From the NCBI GenBank assembly GCA_951812335.1, contig OX638293.1, positions 1,160,731-1,224,730 of the forward strand: a stretch of 64,000 bases of DNA, written 5' to 3'. The notes under the pieces are model-generated. The model had not been told where the DNA came from, ran no database searches, and was given only the letters and a program-made list of their open reading frames with translations. Source of the DNA: Rhodothermales bacterium. GTDB taxonomy: Bacteria; Bacteroidota; Rhodothermia; Rhodothermales; VXPQ01. The translations under genes and the position numbers were made by a program. Each line of letters begins with the position of its first letter. Within the stretch, counting starts at the first letter, position 1. This document shows, piece by piece, positions 19,780 through 29,075 of the stretch.

Positions 19780-20858
19780 CACAGGGCGCGCTCGCCGACA
19801 TACTTTCTCTCGTAGAAAAACACGATCGCCTGTTTTTGACGAGTCACATTCGTCCGGACGGCGATGCGCTTGGATCGGAAGTGGCCTTTGCAAGCTTTCT
19901 TGCGAAATTGGGGAAGCAGGTTACCGTGTTGAACAGCGGTCCGCCCCCCATGAACATGGAATGGCTTCCCGGTATTCGGGACATTGGCGTCTTTGACGGG
20001 TCTTTGGCGCACCGCCAGTGCATCGACGAGGCGGGGGCGGTGTTCGTGCTGGACACCAACGTGGAGAATCGGCTCGGCAAGCTGGCCGGCCCGGTGCGTG
20101 GAGCACGGGGCGCAAAGGCGCTGATCGACCACCACACACATCCGGAGGACTGGTTCGATGTGCGGTACGTATCTACGACCGTTTCGTCAACGGGCGAACT
20201 CGTTTATGGGATCGTCGCTGCCTGCGATCCCGACCTGATCGACGCCCGCATCGCCACGGCGCTCTATACTGCGATTATGACGGATACGGGTTCTTTCCGA
20301 TACCAGGGCGTAACTCCGAAGTTGCATCGTATTGTGGCGGATATTATGGAGCGAGGAGCGATAGTTCCGGCCCTTATTCATTCGGCGATTTTCGACCACC
20401 GTTCCATGGCGGGATTGCATCTGCTTGGGCGGACGCTTGAAACCGTACGGTTGTATTGCGGGGGGCGCGTCGCCGCCATTACGGTAACGCCCCGCATGCT
20501 GGAGGATACCGGAGCAAGCAGCGAGGAAACGGAGGGTTTTGTCAATTACGCGTTGTCGATCGATCGCGTGGAGGCCGCCGTACTGTTTCTGGAGACGGCC
20601 AGGGGCACGAAGATGAGTTTTCGCTCCCAGGGCGATATTCCGGTAGATAAATGGGCGAGGGTCTTCGGAGGTGGAGGACACAAGAACGCCTCCGGTGCGT
20701 TTCTTTTAGAACCGCTGGAGAAAGCCCGTGACAAAGTCATACGCGCCGCTCCGCGTTATATCGGCGTTTCTGCGAGCGATGAGAACGATCCTGCGCTGAG
20801 CACAGAGGACGACGTCGATCTTGCTTTCCTTCTTGAAACCAGGTTCAAAAAACGGTAA
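19776..20858 (+). CDS. DHH/DHHA1 phosphoesterase (NrnA-like oligoribonuclease / pAp phosphatase)
   Basis: Contains H..PDGDALGS, DHH and GGGH.NA.G motifs. Its ATG overlaps the ddl stop (ATGA at 19776-19779). Confidence 0.85.
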   Translation: MTQGALADILSLVEKHDRLFLTSHIRPDGDALGSEVAFASFLAKLGKQVTVLNSGPPPMNMEWLPGIRDIGVFDGSLAHRQCIDEAGAVFVLDTNVENRLGKLAGPVRGARGAKALIDHHTHPEDWFDVRYVSTTVSSTGELVYGIVAACDPDLIDARIATALYTAIMTDTGSFRYQGVTPKLHRIVADIMERGAIVPALIHSAIFDHRSMAGLHLLGRTLETVRLYCGGRVAAITVTPRMLEDTGASSEETEGFVNYALSIDRVEAAVLFLETARGTKMSFRSQGDIPVDKWARVFGGGGHKNASGAFLLEPLEKARDKVIRAAPRYIGVSASDENDPALSTEDDVDLAFLLETRFKKR

Positions 20859-20866
20859 TCGGGATT

Positions 20867-22378
20867 ATGTTTTCTGTAGATGTTTCGGTCACGACAAACC
20901 CGCTTGCGGACATGAATGTCGATCTGCTGATTGTGCCGGTGTGCGAGGACTGCGCCGCCGCTCGTCTCAGGGAATTGGCTTCGGAATGGGGCGATCCGGT
21001 GCGCTCCGCAGCACATGATTTCGATGGGTCGGCAGATGCCGCCGTGCTGCTGTACGTACAATCTGCACGAGCAAAGCGGTTGGCTCTGGTAGGCATGGGT
21101 CCGTCTGGCGAAGTAGGGCTGGAACAACTGCGCCGTGCAGCGGCGGCCGGGGAGAGCCTCTCGGCGAAGTGCGGTGCGGTCACAGTGGGCCTTGCGCTCC
21201 CTGTATCCGGTGTGGAGGATGTTGCCAGCGCTGCACAGGCACTGGTGGAAGGGTATATGCTATCCGCCTATCGCTTTGCCCGGTACAAGTCCGCTCCCGG
21301 CAAGAAAGAGGTTTCGGCGCTGAAGCGAATCGTTGTGCATGCCAACGGCAGGGATACGGAGGGGGCGGCCCGGGGCGCCGGGCGCGGGCGTATCCTTGCG
21401 GAAGCGGTGGCGAAGGCCCGCGATCTTGTGAACATTTCACCGGACGAGAAGTCGGCGACGGCATTTTCCGGTATGATCGCGGATCTGGGCAAAGAGCACG
21501 GTTTTTCCACAGAGATATGGGACAAAACCCGCATCGAGCGGGAAGGCATGGGGGGGTTGCTGGCTGTTAACCGGGGTAGTCAGGAGCCGCCGACCTTCAC
21601 CGTCATGACCTGGAAACCCGATCATGCGACGAGCGAGCCTCCTGTTATTCTGGTGGGCAAGGGGGTCATGTTCGATACGGGAGGGCTTTCGCTCAAGCCC
21701 ACGGAAAATTCGATGGATCACATGAAAGCCGATATGGCAGGTGCGGCGGCAGTGGTGGGCGCGATGTGTGCGCTGGCTCGTCTGAATTTCCCCCGGCATG
21801 TCGTCGGCCTGGCGCCAGCCACCGACAACCGACCCGGCGAAGATGCGTACGTTCCGGGCGATGTCGTTCGGATGCATTCCGGCAAGACGGTCGAGGTGCT
21901 GAATACCGACGCCGAAGGGCGTATGATTCTTGCCGATGCGCTTTCCCATGCATCCGTGTACAACCCGTCGCTGGTTATCGAGTTGTCCACCCTGACCGGC
22001 GCGCAGGTGGTTGCGCTCGGATCCGAGGTGGCCGCTGTGATGACGAACGATCGGCCAGGTTCGGAAGCCCGGCTTCATGCTATGGAAGAGGCGGGCCGGC
22101 GTACCGGCGATCTGGTGCATCGCATGCCCATGTATGCACATTATGGCGAGATGATTAAGAGTGAGGTGGCGGACATACAAAACATCAGTAACAGGCGAGA
22201 AGCCGGCTCTATTACGGCGGCAAAATTTCTGGAGCATTTTACGAATTACCCGTGGATCCATATCGATCTGGCGGGTCCATCGTTTCTGAAGCATGTTCTG
22301 CCGTGGCGTCCCAGGGGAGGCACCGGTTTCGGTGTTCGCTTGCTGGTCGAATTTCTGCACGTATACGACTCCGCATGA
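20867..22378 (+). CDS. pepA: Leucyl aminopeptidase (M17)
   Basis: Contains the M17 signature NTDAEGRMILADAL and VGKG..FD.GG.SLK. Confidence 0.9.
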   Translation: MFSVDVSVTTNPLADMNVDLLIVPVCEDCAAARLRELASEWGDPVRSAAHDFDGSADAAVLLYVQSARAKRLALVGMGPSGEVGLEQLRRAAAAGESLSAKCGAVTVGLALPVSGVEDVASAAQALVEGYMLSAYRFARYKSAPGKKEVSALKRIVVHANGRDTEGAARGAGRGRILAEAVAKARDLVNISPDEKSATAFSGMIADLGKEHGFSTEIWDKTRIEREGMGGLLAVNRGSQEPPTFTVMTWKPDHATSEPPVILVGKGVMFDTGGLSLKPTENSMDHMKADMAGAAAVVGAMCALARLNFPRHVVGLAPATDNRPGEDAYVPGDVVRMHSGKTVEVLNTDAEGRMILADALSHASVYNPSLVIELSTLTGAQVVALGSEVAAVMTNDRPGSEARLHAMEEAGRRTGDLVHRMPMYAHYGEMIKSEVADIQNISNRREAGSITAAKFLEHFTNYPWIHIDLAGPSFLKHVLPWRPRGGTGFGVRLLVEFLHVYDSA

Positions 22379-22379
22379 C

Positions 22380-23444
22380 ATGATCGCCGATGCCGAACCG
22401 GATCACGGGCCGCCGGACGATACCGCTCGAACGGATGACCGTTTGAAACGGCCTCGCGTAGCCGTCACGCTGGGCGATCCCAATGGCATAGGACCGGAAG
22501 TCGTACTCGAGAGCGTGTGTGAAGTACACAGGTTGCGGATAGCGCAGCCCGTTGTCGTGGGGTCCGCACAGGTACTCCGTGCTCATGCTGCGCATGTGGA
22601 AAGCGGCTTGCCGGATATGCAGATCGTTGCTTCCATGCCCGACCGGATTCCGCCGAAGGGGCTGTTCGTTCTCGATATAGCGGCGGACGAACCATTCGAG
22701 CCGGTGTTCGGCAAGGTAGCCGCGGAAGCGGGCGCTCTGGCTATGCGATCGGTCGAACGCGCCGTTGCATTGTGTCTTGCGGGAAAGGTGGATGCTGTGG
22801 TGACAGCGCCTGTTCACAAGGAGGCCATTTCGATGGCCGGGTACATGCATCCGGGCCATACGGAATTCATTGCCGGGCTTGCCGGTTGCAGCCGGTACGC
22901 GATGATGATGATTGCGGAGGGATTGCGGGTTGGTCTTGTGACGGCGCATATGCCTATGCGGGATGTGCCGCATTCCGTCACGCGCGAAGCCGTGCTTGCA
23001 GGTATCCGAGTGGTGGATGCCGCGCTTCGTGCCGATTTCGGCATACGAAGCCCGAAAATTGCCGTACTGGGGCTCAATCCCCATGCCGGGGAGGGAGGCG
23101 TGCTCGGCATGGAAGAAATCGAAGTGATCGGTCCCGCTATCCATGAGGCGCAGGCTGGCGGGCTGCTTGCATCCGGGCCGCATTCTGCGGACGGCTTCTT
23201 TGGGGCAGGCGCCTGGCGCTGGTGCGATGCCGTGCTTGCCATGTACCACGATCAGGGGCTTGCGCCTTTCAAAACGCTTGCTTTCGACCACGGCGTCAAT
23301 TACACCGCGGGCCTGCCGATCGTGCGCACATCCCCGGATCACGGAACCGCATTCGATATTGCGGGTCAAGGAAAGGCGCGTTCGGGAAGTATGTTGAGCG
23401 CCATCCGTCTGGCCGTCGATATAGTGCGGTGCAGGAACAGATAG
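22380..23444 (+). CDS. pdxA: 4-hydroxythreonine-4-phosphate dehydrogenase
   Basis: Contains GDPNGIGPEV, ..VTAP..K.... and GLNPHAGEGG motifs. The ATG at 22380 lies 1 nt after the pepA stop. Confidence 0.9.
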   Translation: MIADAEPDHGPPDDTARTDDRLKRPRVAVTLGDPNGIGPEVVLESVCEVHRLRIAQPVVVGSAQVLRAHAAHVESGLPDMQIVASMPDRIPPKGLFVLDIAADEPFEPVFGKVAAEAGALAMRSVERAVALCLAGKVDAVVTAPVHKEAISMAGYMHPGHTEFIAGLAGCSRYAMMMIAEGLRVGLVTAHMPMRDVPHSVTREAVLAGIRVVDAALRADFGIRSPKIAVLGLNPHAGEGGVLGMEEIEVIGPAIHEAQAGGLLASGPHSADGFFGAGAWRWCDAVLAMYHDQGLAPFKTLAFDHGVNYTAGLPIVRTSPDHGTAFDIAGQGKARSGSMLSAIRLAVDIVRCRNR

Positions 23445-23970
23445 GATACTCTGATCAAAACCACTTCGCTCAGCGCGTCACGTTCGTGCGTACGGGACAT
23501 CATGATTGCATCGTCGAAATTTAAGGATACTCTGATCAAAACCGCTTCGCTCAGCACTTTAAGGATACTCTGACCAAAACCGCTTCGCTCAGCGCTTCAC
23601 GTTCGTGCGTAAACGACATCATGGTTCCCTCGTTGCAATTTGCAAAAAACACTGAGGTTTCGGGCATCGCGGATGTGAAGCGCCCTTCGGGAGGCTGCGA
23701 GAAGTGGGCTGGCCGCGTCATTCCTCATTGTGTGGGGCCTACCACACTGCTTCGTCATTCCTTGCCAGCCCACTTCTCGCAACCTCTGAGCTTTGCGGAC
23801 TTAATCAGAGTATCCTTCACGTTCGTATGTGACGCGCCCTTCGGGAGGCTGCGAGGGGCACGCTGGCCGCGCCATTCCTCATTATGTGGGGCCTGCCACA
23901 TTGCTTCGTTATTCCTTGCCAGCGCACCCCTCGCAAGCCTCTGAGATTCGCGGGCTTAATCAGAGTATCC
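23444..23970 (+). repeat. Compound array of the structured TIR repeat family: left module, solo left end, one full 253-bp copy, one right half
   Basis: Segments: 23444-23524 (left TIR plus hairpin modules), 23525-23562 (left end only), 23563-23815 (full copy), 23816-23970 (right half). The array starts on the last base of the pdxA stop and ends 6 nt before the ftsE ATG, so it fills the whole spacer. Confidence 0.9.
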
Positions 23971-23976
23971 TATGAC

Positions 23977-24660
23977 ATGATCCGTCTTTCCGACATATCG
24001 CTCTCTCACGTTTTGCCCGACGGCCATCGCCGTACCGTGGTCGAACACCTTGACCTGACGATCCAGCAGGGAGAAATGGCGTATCTGGTCGGTCCTACCG
24101 GAAGCGGGAAAACGACCCTGTTGCGGATGTTGTACATGGATGTGTTTCCGGATGCTGGTGTGGCGCAGATAGGCAAGTACCGTACGGATCGAATACGCCA
24201 TGCGGAAATTCCGTATTTGCGGCGCTCTCTGGGCGTTGTGTTTCAGGATTTCCAGTTGCTTTCCGATCGTACGGTGTACGAGAATGTTGCGTTTGCCATG
24301 TATGTCATCGGCAAGCGCGGCAAGGTCGTCAGGGATCGCGTTATGGAGGTGCTTTCGCAGGTGGGGTTGAGTCACAAGAAGAAGCACTTTCCCCACGAGT
24401 TGTCCGGAGGGGAACAACAGCGCGTTTCGATTGCCCGGGCCATGGTGAACGAGCCGCTGATGTTGCTGGCCGACGAACCCACCGGGAATCTGGATCCGAA
24501 TGTCGCCGACGAGATTCTTAAATTGATTGTCGGGCTTCACCGGCAGGGCATGACGGTGCTCATGGCCACGCACAATTATCGTCTGGTTAACCAATTCCCT
24601 GCCCGGACGCTGGGTTTTATGGGTAGACACATTGTGGATGTAGCCCCCGAAACCCTGTAG
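23977..24660 (+). CDS. ftsE: FtsE-like cell-division ABC ATPase
   Basis: Walker [10 protein letters not shown], signature LSGGEQQR, Walker [12 protein letters not shown], 227 aa. No ftsX follows it, so the FtsE assignment is family-level only. Confidence 0.8.
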   Translation: MIRLSDISLSHVLPDGHRRTVVEHLDLTIQQGEMAYLVGPTGSGKTTLLRMLYMDVFPDAGVAQIGKYRTDRIRHAEIPYLRRSLGVVFQDFQLLSDRTVYENVAFAMYVIGKRGKVVRDRVMEVLSQVGLSHKKKHFPHELSGGEQQRVSIARAMVNEPLMLLADEPTGNLDPNVADEILKLIVGLHRQGMTVLMATHNYRLVNQFPARTLGFMGRHIVDVAPETL

Positions 24661-24664
24661 ATAC

Positions 24665-24917
24665 GGATACTCTGATCAAGACCACTTTGCCCGGCACGTC
24701 ACTTTCGCGTGTAAAGGACATCATGATTGCATCGTCGGAATCAGGGGAGGCACTGCGGATTCGGGGCATCGCAGACGTGACGCGCCCTTCGGGAGGCTGC
24801 GAGGGGCACGCTGGCTGCGTCATTCCTCATTGTGCGGGGCCTGCCACACTGCTTCGTCATTCCTTGTCAGCGCATCCCTCTCAGCCTCTGAGCTTTGAGG
24901 ACTTAATCAGAGTATCC
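24665..24917 (+). repeat. Structured TIR repeat family, full-length 253-bp copy
   Basis: GGATACTCTGATCAAG ... CTTAATCAGAGTATCC with all internal modules, including CCCTTCGGG and the long hairpin at 24792-24888. It starts 4 nt after the ftsE stop. Confidence 0.9.
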
Positions 24918-25046
24918 GTATGTGCGCTCTGTCCCGAAATGCTTGCTCCGGATCATGCATGATGCGCAGGCCGTTATGTTCGGGATTGCACAGGAAGATG
25001 TGAAGAAGAGGTCATTCGTTTACTCATCCTTTATACAGGCTCGATT

Positions 25047-26807
25047 ATGGATATTTTTGAAGGGATTGTTTCCGCACTGGAGCGTGTCGTATGGTCATTC
25101 GGTCCCTCTGTCGGCGGTGAGACAATTCCCCTTGTCATCATCCTGCTTCTGGGCACCGGCGTATACCTGACGCTTCGGTTGCAGTTCATTCAGGTTCGTC
25201 GTCTCCGGCATGGGTTTGCCGTAACATCGGGTAAGTACGACGATCCCAACGAGCCCGGAGACGTGTCCCATTTTCAGGCGCTTACCACGGCCCTTTCGGC
25301 TACGGTAGGCATTGGAAATATCGCCGGGGTGGCCATCGCCATTCACTGGGGCGGTCCCGGAGCGATCTTCTGGATGTGGGTCACCGCGTTTCTCGGCATG
25401 GCGACCAAATACACGGAAGTTACGCTTGCGCAGAACTACCGGGATATGGTGCCCGCGGACGATGCGTCCCGCCGGCAGGGCACGGTGGCGGGCGGGCCGA
25501 TGTATTATATCGAACGAGGAATGGGGAAGAAGTGGAAGTTGCTTGCCGGATTTTTTGCCGTGCTTCTTGGCATCACCGCTTTTTTAACCGGCAACGCGGT
25601 TCAGGCCAATACCGTAGCCGATGTGGTGTTCTCCGAGTTTGGTGTGGCCGCCTGGATTACGGGTATCGTGACCGCGGCTGTCATAGGCATGGTCATTCTC
25701 GGGGGCATTAGTCGTATCGGCCGGGTGACCGGGATCCTTGCGCCTGCAATGGCCGCCGTGTATGTACTGGGCGCCCTCGTGATCATTGTGATCAACATAG
25801 ACCAGCTTCCCGGCGCACTGGGGCTCATTTTCAGGGAGGCGTTCAATCCGAGCGCCGGCGTGGCCGGGGTTGGCACGGGAGCGTTCCTTCTTACGCTCAT
25901 GTGGGGCGTTCGCCGCGGGCTGTTTTCGAACGAAGCCGGGCAGGGGTCGGCGCCCATTGCACACTCTGCGGCCAAGACCGACGAGCCCGTCTCGGAGGGG
26001 GTCGTTGCCTTGCTCGAACCGTTCATCGACACCATCGTGATTTGTACGATGACGGCGCTGGTCATCCTGATAACCGGCGTGTGGAATGAGCAGGCGCCCA
26101 CGGAACTGGATCTGGCGTCGGGCGATATGGGCTATGTACAGCAGGATGGGGCGGGCGCCTTTTCCACGGTCGATCCCCTGGATGAAATCCTGATTCGCGA
26201 CGGGACACCGCTAACCGGCCCGGGCATGGCGCAACCTGCCTGGCACGATGTGGTTGTCGAGCGCCTGTTTGTCGACGCGGCGCATACCGAGCCTTTCACC
26301 GGGACCCTGGTTCCTGCCAGTCAACACGCCATCGGGAATGACGGGGATATGTATGCGGTGCTGTACGGCAATGCCGTCGAGAACGGTGCGCCGATGACGC
26401 AACTCGGTTTTCAGCGGGGGTTGGCTCCGCTGGGGAATTGGGGCGGGTACATCGTTATTCTATGCGTGCTGCTTTTCGCTATTTCGACCGCCATTGCATG
26501 GAGTTATTACGGCGACCGTTGCGCCTATTATCTGTTTGGCGAAAAGGGAGTGCTTCCGTACAAGGCGGCTTTTGTGGCGATGCACTTTGTGGGCGCTACG
26601 CTGGCCCTGACGACGGTCTGGACCCTGGGCGATGTGTTCCTTGGGATCGTGATTCTTCCGAACCTGCTGGCAATGATATTCCTTTCGGGCAAGGTTCGGG
26701 AAATGACGCTCGGATATTTCAAGCGCCAGCCCTGGATCGAGAATTATGAGGCGCACAAGCGCAGCGTCGAAGAGAAACGGAGCAAGAAACGGCAATCCCG
26801 TGATTAA
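25047..26807 (+). CDS. Alanine/glycine:sodium symporter (AGCS family) with a large internal insertion
   Basis: Contains ..SHFQALTTALSATVGIGNIAGVA.AI..GGPGA.FWMW.. and ..FSNEAGQGSAPIAHSAAKT... At 586 aa it is longer than family members known to me. Confidence 0.85.
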   Translation: MDIFEGIVSALERVVWSFGPSVGGETIPLVIILLLGTGVYLTLRLQFIQVRRLRHGFAVTSGKYDDPNEPGDVSHFQALTTALSATVGIGNIAGVAIAIHWGGPGAIFWMWVTAFLGMATKYTEVTLAQNYRDMVPADDASRRQGTVAGGPMYYIERGMGKKWKLLAGFFAVLLGITAFLTGNAVQANTVADVVFSEFGVAAWITGIVTAAVIGMVILGGISRIGRVTGILAPAMAAVYVLGALVIIVINIDQLPGALGLIFREAFNPSAGVAGVGTGAFLLTLMWGVRRGLFSNEAGQGSAPIAHSAAKTDEPVSEGVVALLEPFIDTIVICTMTALVILITGVWNEQAPTELDLASGDMGYVQQDGAGAFSTVDPLDEILIRDGTPLTGPGMAQPAWHDVVVERLFVDAAHTEPFTGTLVPASQHAIGNDGDMYAVLYGNAVENGAPMTQLGFQRGLAPLGNWGGYIVILCVLLFAISTAIAWSYYGDRCAYYLFGEKGVLPYKAAFVAMHFVGATLALTTVWTLGDVFLGIVILPNLLAMIFLSGKVREMTLGYFKRQPWIENYEAHKRSVEEKRSKKRQSRD

Positions 26808-28737
26808 CAGACGACACAAGGGAAGCTGTTTTTCCGGATTGCTGCGGTACATCTTTTGCGTAAGCGGATGGGCATGCGTGGCGGCGTTTTGCTGGGCCGG
26901 CGGCGTACAGGCGCAAACCTGGTCGCTGGATGCGCCATCCCTGATGCTTCGCGGCAAAGCCTTTGACGTGCGCGTGGAAGGCATTCGGGCAGACGCCGAT
27001 TCCGCGGCGGTATTCACGGTGCGGATCGGGGAGGCAACGTCCCAGGCGCTGGAAGCTTCGCCGGACGGGCAGGTATATCTGCGCGATGCGCAGGTTGCAT
27101 CCACAGGCTCCGTATCGGTCGAATTATTGCGCAACGGACAGGTGGTTGCGCAGGCCGGCATGCATGTCATTCCCGGCTGGGTTTCTATCCTTCCCCCCCT
27201 CATTGCCATTGCCGCCGCGCTGATTCTGCGGCAGGTCATTCCCGCCTTGTTTCTGGGGCTTCTGGTGGGCGCCTGGGTTGCGCAGGGAATGGGGTTTACG
27301 GCATTGTGGACAGGGCTTCTCGATACGTTTCAGGTGTATGTGCTTGCCGCGCTGATCGATCCCGGTCATGGCGCCATCATCCTTTTTTCACTCATGATCG
27401 GGGGCATGGTGGGCATCATTTCGCGCAACGGCGGGATGCAGGACATTGTCGAACGCATGGTCCGCCGGACCCGTTCGCCGCGCAAGGCGCAGATGGCTAC
27501 GTGGGTGTTGGGCCTGCTTGTCTTTTTCGACGATTACGCCAACACGCTGGTGGTCGGCAACACGATGCGTTCGGTGACGGACCGGTTCCAGGTCTCGCGC
27601 GAGAAGCTGGCGTACATCGTGGATTCCACGGCGGCGCCTGTTGCCTGTCTCGCGCTGGTTACGACATGGATCGGCTACGAGGTCGGTCTGATCGGCGTGG
27701 CTATAGAGAACCTCGACGGCTTCAACGAGTCGGCCTATTCGATATTTTTGCAATCGATCCCGTATAGTTTTTATCCGATCCTCGCCATCTTTTTCGTGTT
27801 CTGCGTAGCCTCGTCCTCCCGGGATTTCGGCCCGATGTACCACGCGGAACAAAGAGCCCGTCTAACCGGGCAAGTGTCTTCTCCGAATGCCGAGATTGCC
27901 CAGGACGAAGGGGAATCTGCGGCCATGGCGCCCAAGGCCGGTGTGAAATACCATGCTATGGACGCTGTGCTGCCGATCGTCGTGCTGGTCTTGTCGGTGC
28001 TGGGCGGACTCTATGTGACCGGGGAAGGCGATAGTTTACGGGATATTATCGGGTCAGCGGATTCGTACAGTTCCCTGATGTGGGGATCGTTGCTCGGCGT
28101 TATTGCGGCCGTAGCGTTGTCGCTCGGGCGCCGCACGCTGTCGCTGACCGAGACCGTCAACGCATGGTTCGCCGGCGTTAAGACCATGTTGCTGGCATGT
28201 ATTATTCTGGTATTGGCCTGGGCGCTCTCGGAAATCACGACGGTAATCCATACGGCCGATTACCTTATTTCCGTCCTGGGCGAATCGCTTCCTCCGGGCA
28301 TCGTGCCTTTATTGATCTTCGTTCTTGCGGCAGTGACCGCCTTTTCCACGGGGTCCAGTTGGGGAGCAATGGGTATTCTCATGCCGCTCGTGATTCCGCT
28401 TGTATGGGCCATTCTTGAAATAAACGGGATGACCGGCGGTGGGCATCATCACATTCTTTATTCCTCTGTGGCCTGCGTACTCACCGGGGCGGTCTGCGGA
28501 GACCATTGTTCCCCGATATCGGATACGACGATTCTCTCGTCCATGGCGTCCGGGTGCGATCACATGGATCACGTGCGCACCCAACTTCCGTACGCATTGT
28601 TTGTCGGGGTGGTCGCCATGCTGCTCGGTATTCTCCCGGCCGGATTCGGAATGCCTTGGTGGATCGGCATGGCGATAGGGGGCGCCGCGCTGTTTTACGG
28701 GCTGCGGATTTTCGGCAAGAGTATTCCTGAAGCATGA
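26746..28737 (+). CDS. NhaC-family Na+/H+ antiporter with an extra N-terminal domain
   Basis: From about residue 140 onward it is a typical NhaC polytopic core (..FFDDYANTLVVGNTMR.., ..STGSSWGAMGILMP..). The start is uncertain: the ATG at 26746 overlaps the upstream gene by 62 nt, and the TTG at 26839 would begin at a signal-like LLRYIFCVSGWACVAAF. Confidence 0.75.
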   Translation: MRRTSAASKRNGARNGNPVINRRHKGSCFSGLLRYIFCVSGWACVAAFCWAGGVQAQTWSLDAPSLMLRGKAFDVRVEGIRADADSAAVFTVRIGEATSQALEASPDGQVYLRDAQVASTGSVSVELLRNGQVVAQAGMHVIPGWVSILPPLIAIAAALILRQVIPALFLGLLVGAWVAQGMGFTALWTGLLDTFQVYVLAALIDPGHGAIILFSLMIGGMVGIISRNGGMQDIVERMVRRTRSPRKAQMATWVLGLLVFFDDYANTLVVGNTMRSVTDRFQVSREKLAYIVDSTAAPVACLALVTTWIGYEVGLIGVAIENLDGFNESAYSIFLQSIPYSFYPILAIFFVFCVASSSRDFGPMYHAEQRARLTGQVSSPNAEIAQDEGESAAMAPKAGVKYHAMDAVLPIVVLVLSVLGGLYVTGEGDSLRDIIGSADSYSSLMWGSLLGVIAAVALSLGRRTLSLTETVNAWFAGVKTMLLACIILVLAWALSEITTVIHTADYLISVLGESLPPGIVPLLIFVLAAVTAFSTGSSWGAMGILMPLVIPLVWAILEINGMTGGGHHHILYSSVACVLTGAVCGDHCSPISDTTILSSMASGCDHMDHVRTQLPYALFVGVVAMLLGILPAGFGMPWWIGMAIGGAALFYGLRIFGKSIPEA

Positions 28738-29075
28738 CGGATTCCGACAACAGGCCTTGGGGCCGCTGGGAAGAATACCTGAATGAACCGGGGTACCGGG
28801 TCAAACGCATTGTCGTGCATCCCGGAAAGCGGCTGTCTCTTCAGAAACATGCGCACCGCCGGGAGCACTGGGTGATTGTTTCCGGCGAAGGTCTTTTTAC
28901 CTTGCATGAGACGCAGCGACGCGTGGCGACGGGAGATGCGCTTTTTATCGATACGGGGGATATTCACCGCATCGAGAATGACGGGCGAGAACTGCTGATC
29001 ATTATCGAGACTCAGCTTGGACTGTGTCTCGAGGACGATATCGTTCGGCTGGAGGACGATTTCGGGCGGGCCTGA
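28734..29075 (+). CDS. Cupin-fold protein (mannose-6-phosphate isomerase type II C-terminal-like)
   Basis: RPWG.WE......Y.VKRI.V.PG..LSLQ.H.HR.EHW..V.G is characteristic. Its ATG overlaps the nhaC stop (ATGA). Confidence 0.8.
   Translation: MTDSDNRPWGRWEEYLNEPGYRVKRIVVHPGKRLSLQKHAHRREHWVIVSGEGLFTLHETQRRVATGDALFIDTGDIHRIENDGRELLIIIETQLGLCLEDDIVRLEDDFGRA

Noticed and set aside
23621-23944. ORFs inside the repeat copies that encode recurring peptides such as ..RPSGGCE..IPHC.GP.TLLRHSL... Others lie at 24687-24962, 33602-33805 and 55262-55939.
   Set aside because: The similarity is a by-product of the DNA repeat. Different copies are read in different frames and are interrupted differently. The frames run across hairpin arms, and no start or stop context is conserved.
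23444-23970. Possible CRISPR array, given several GGATACTCTGATCAAAACC.. repeats close together
   Set aside because: The repeat spacing is irregular (81, 38 and 253 bp). The 'spacers' are themselves conserved modules of the same element. Terminal inverted repeats are present, and no cas genes or leader are present.
23977-24660. ftsE without an adjacent ftsX, as a sign of rearrangement or a non-division ABC system
   Set aside because: Separation of ftsE and ftsX cannot be judged from one window, and the protein has ordinary FtsE-like motifs. It is noted only as a caveat on the gene name.
24665-24917. TA target-site duplication that would tie the repeat to an IS630/mariner-type MITE
   Set aside because: Only two of six complete copies (23444/23970 and 55159/55345) are flanked by TA on both sides. 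The others have TA/TG, CA/TG, AC/GT or AA/AA. The flanks often simply extend the inverted repeat, so no consistent duplication can be claimed from this window.
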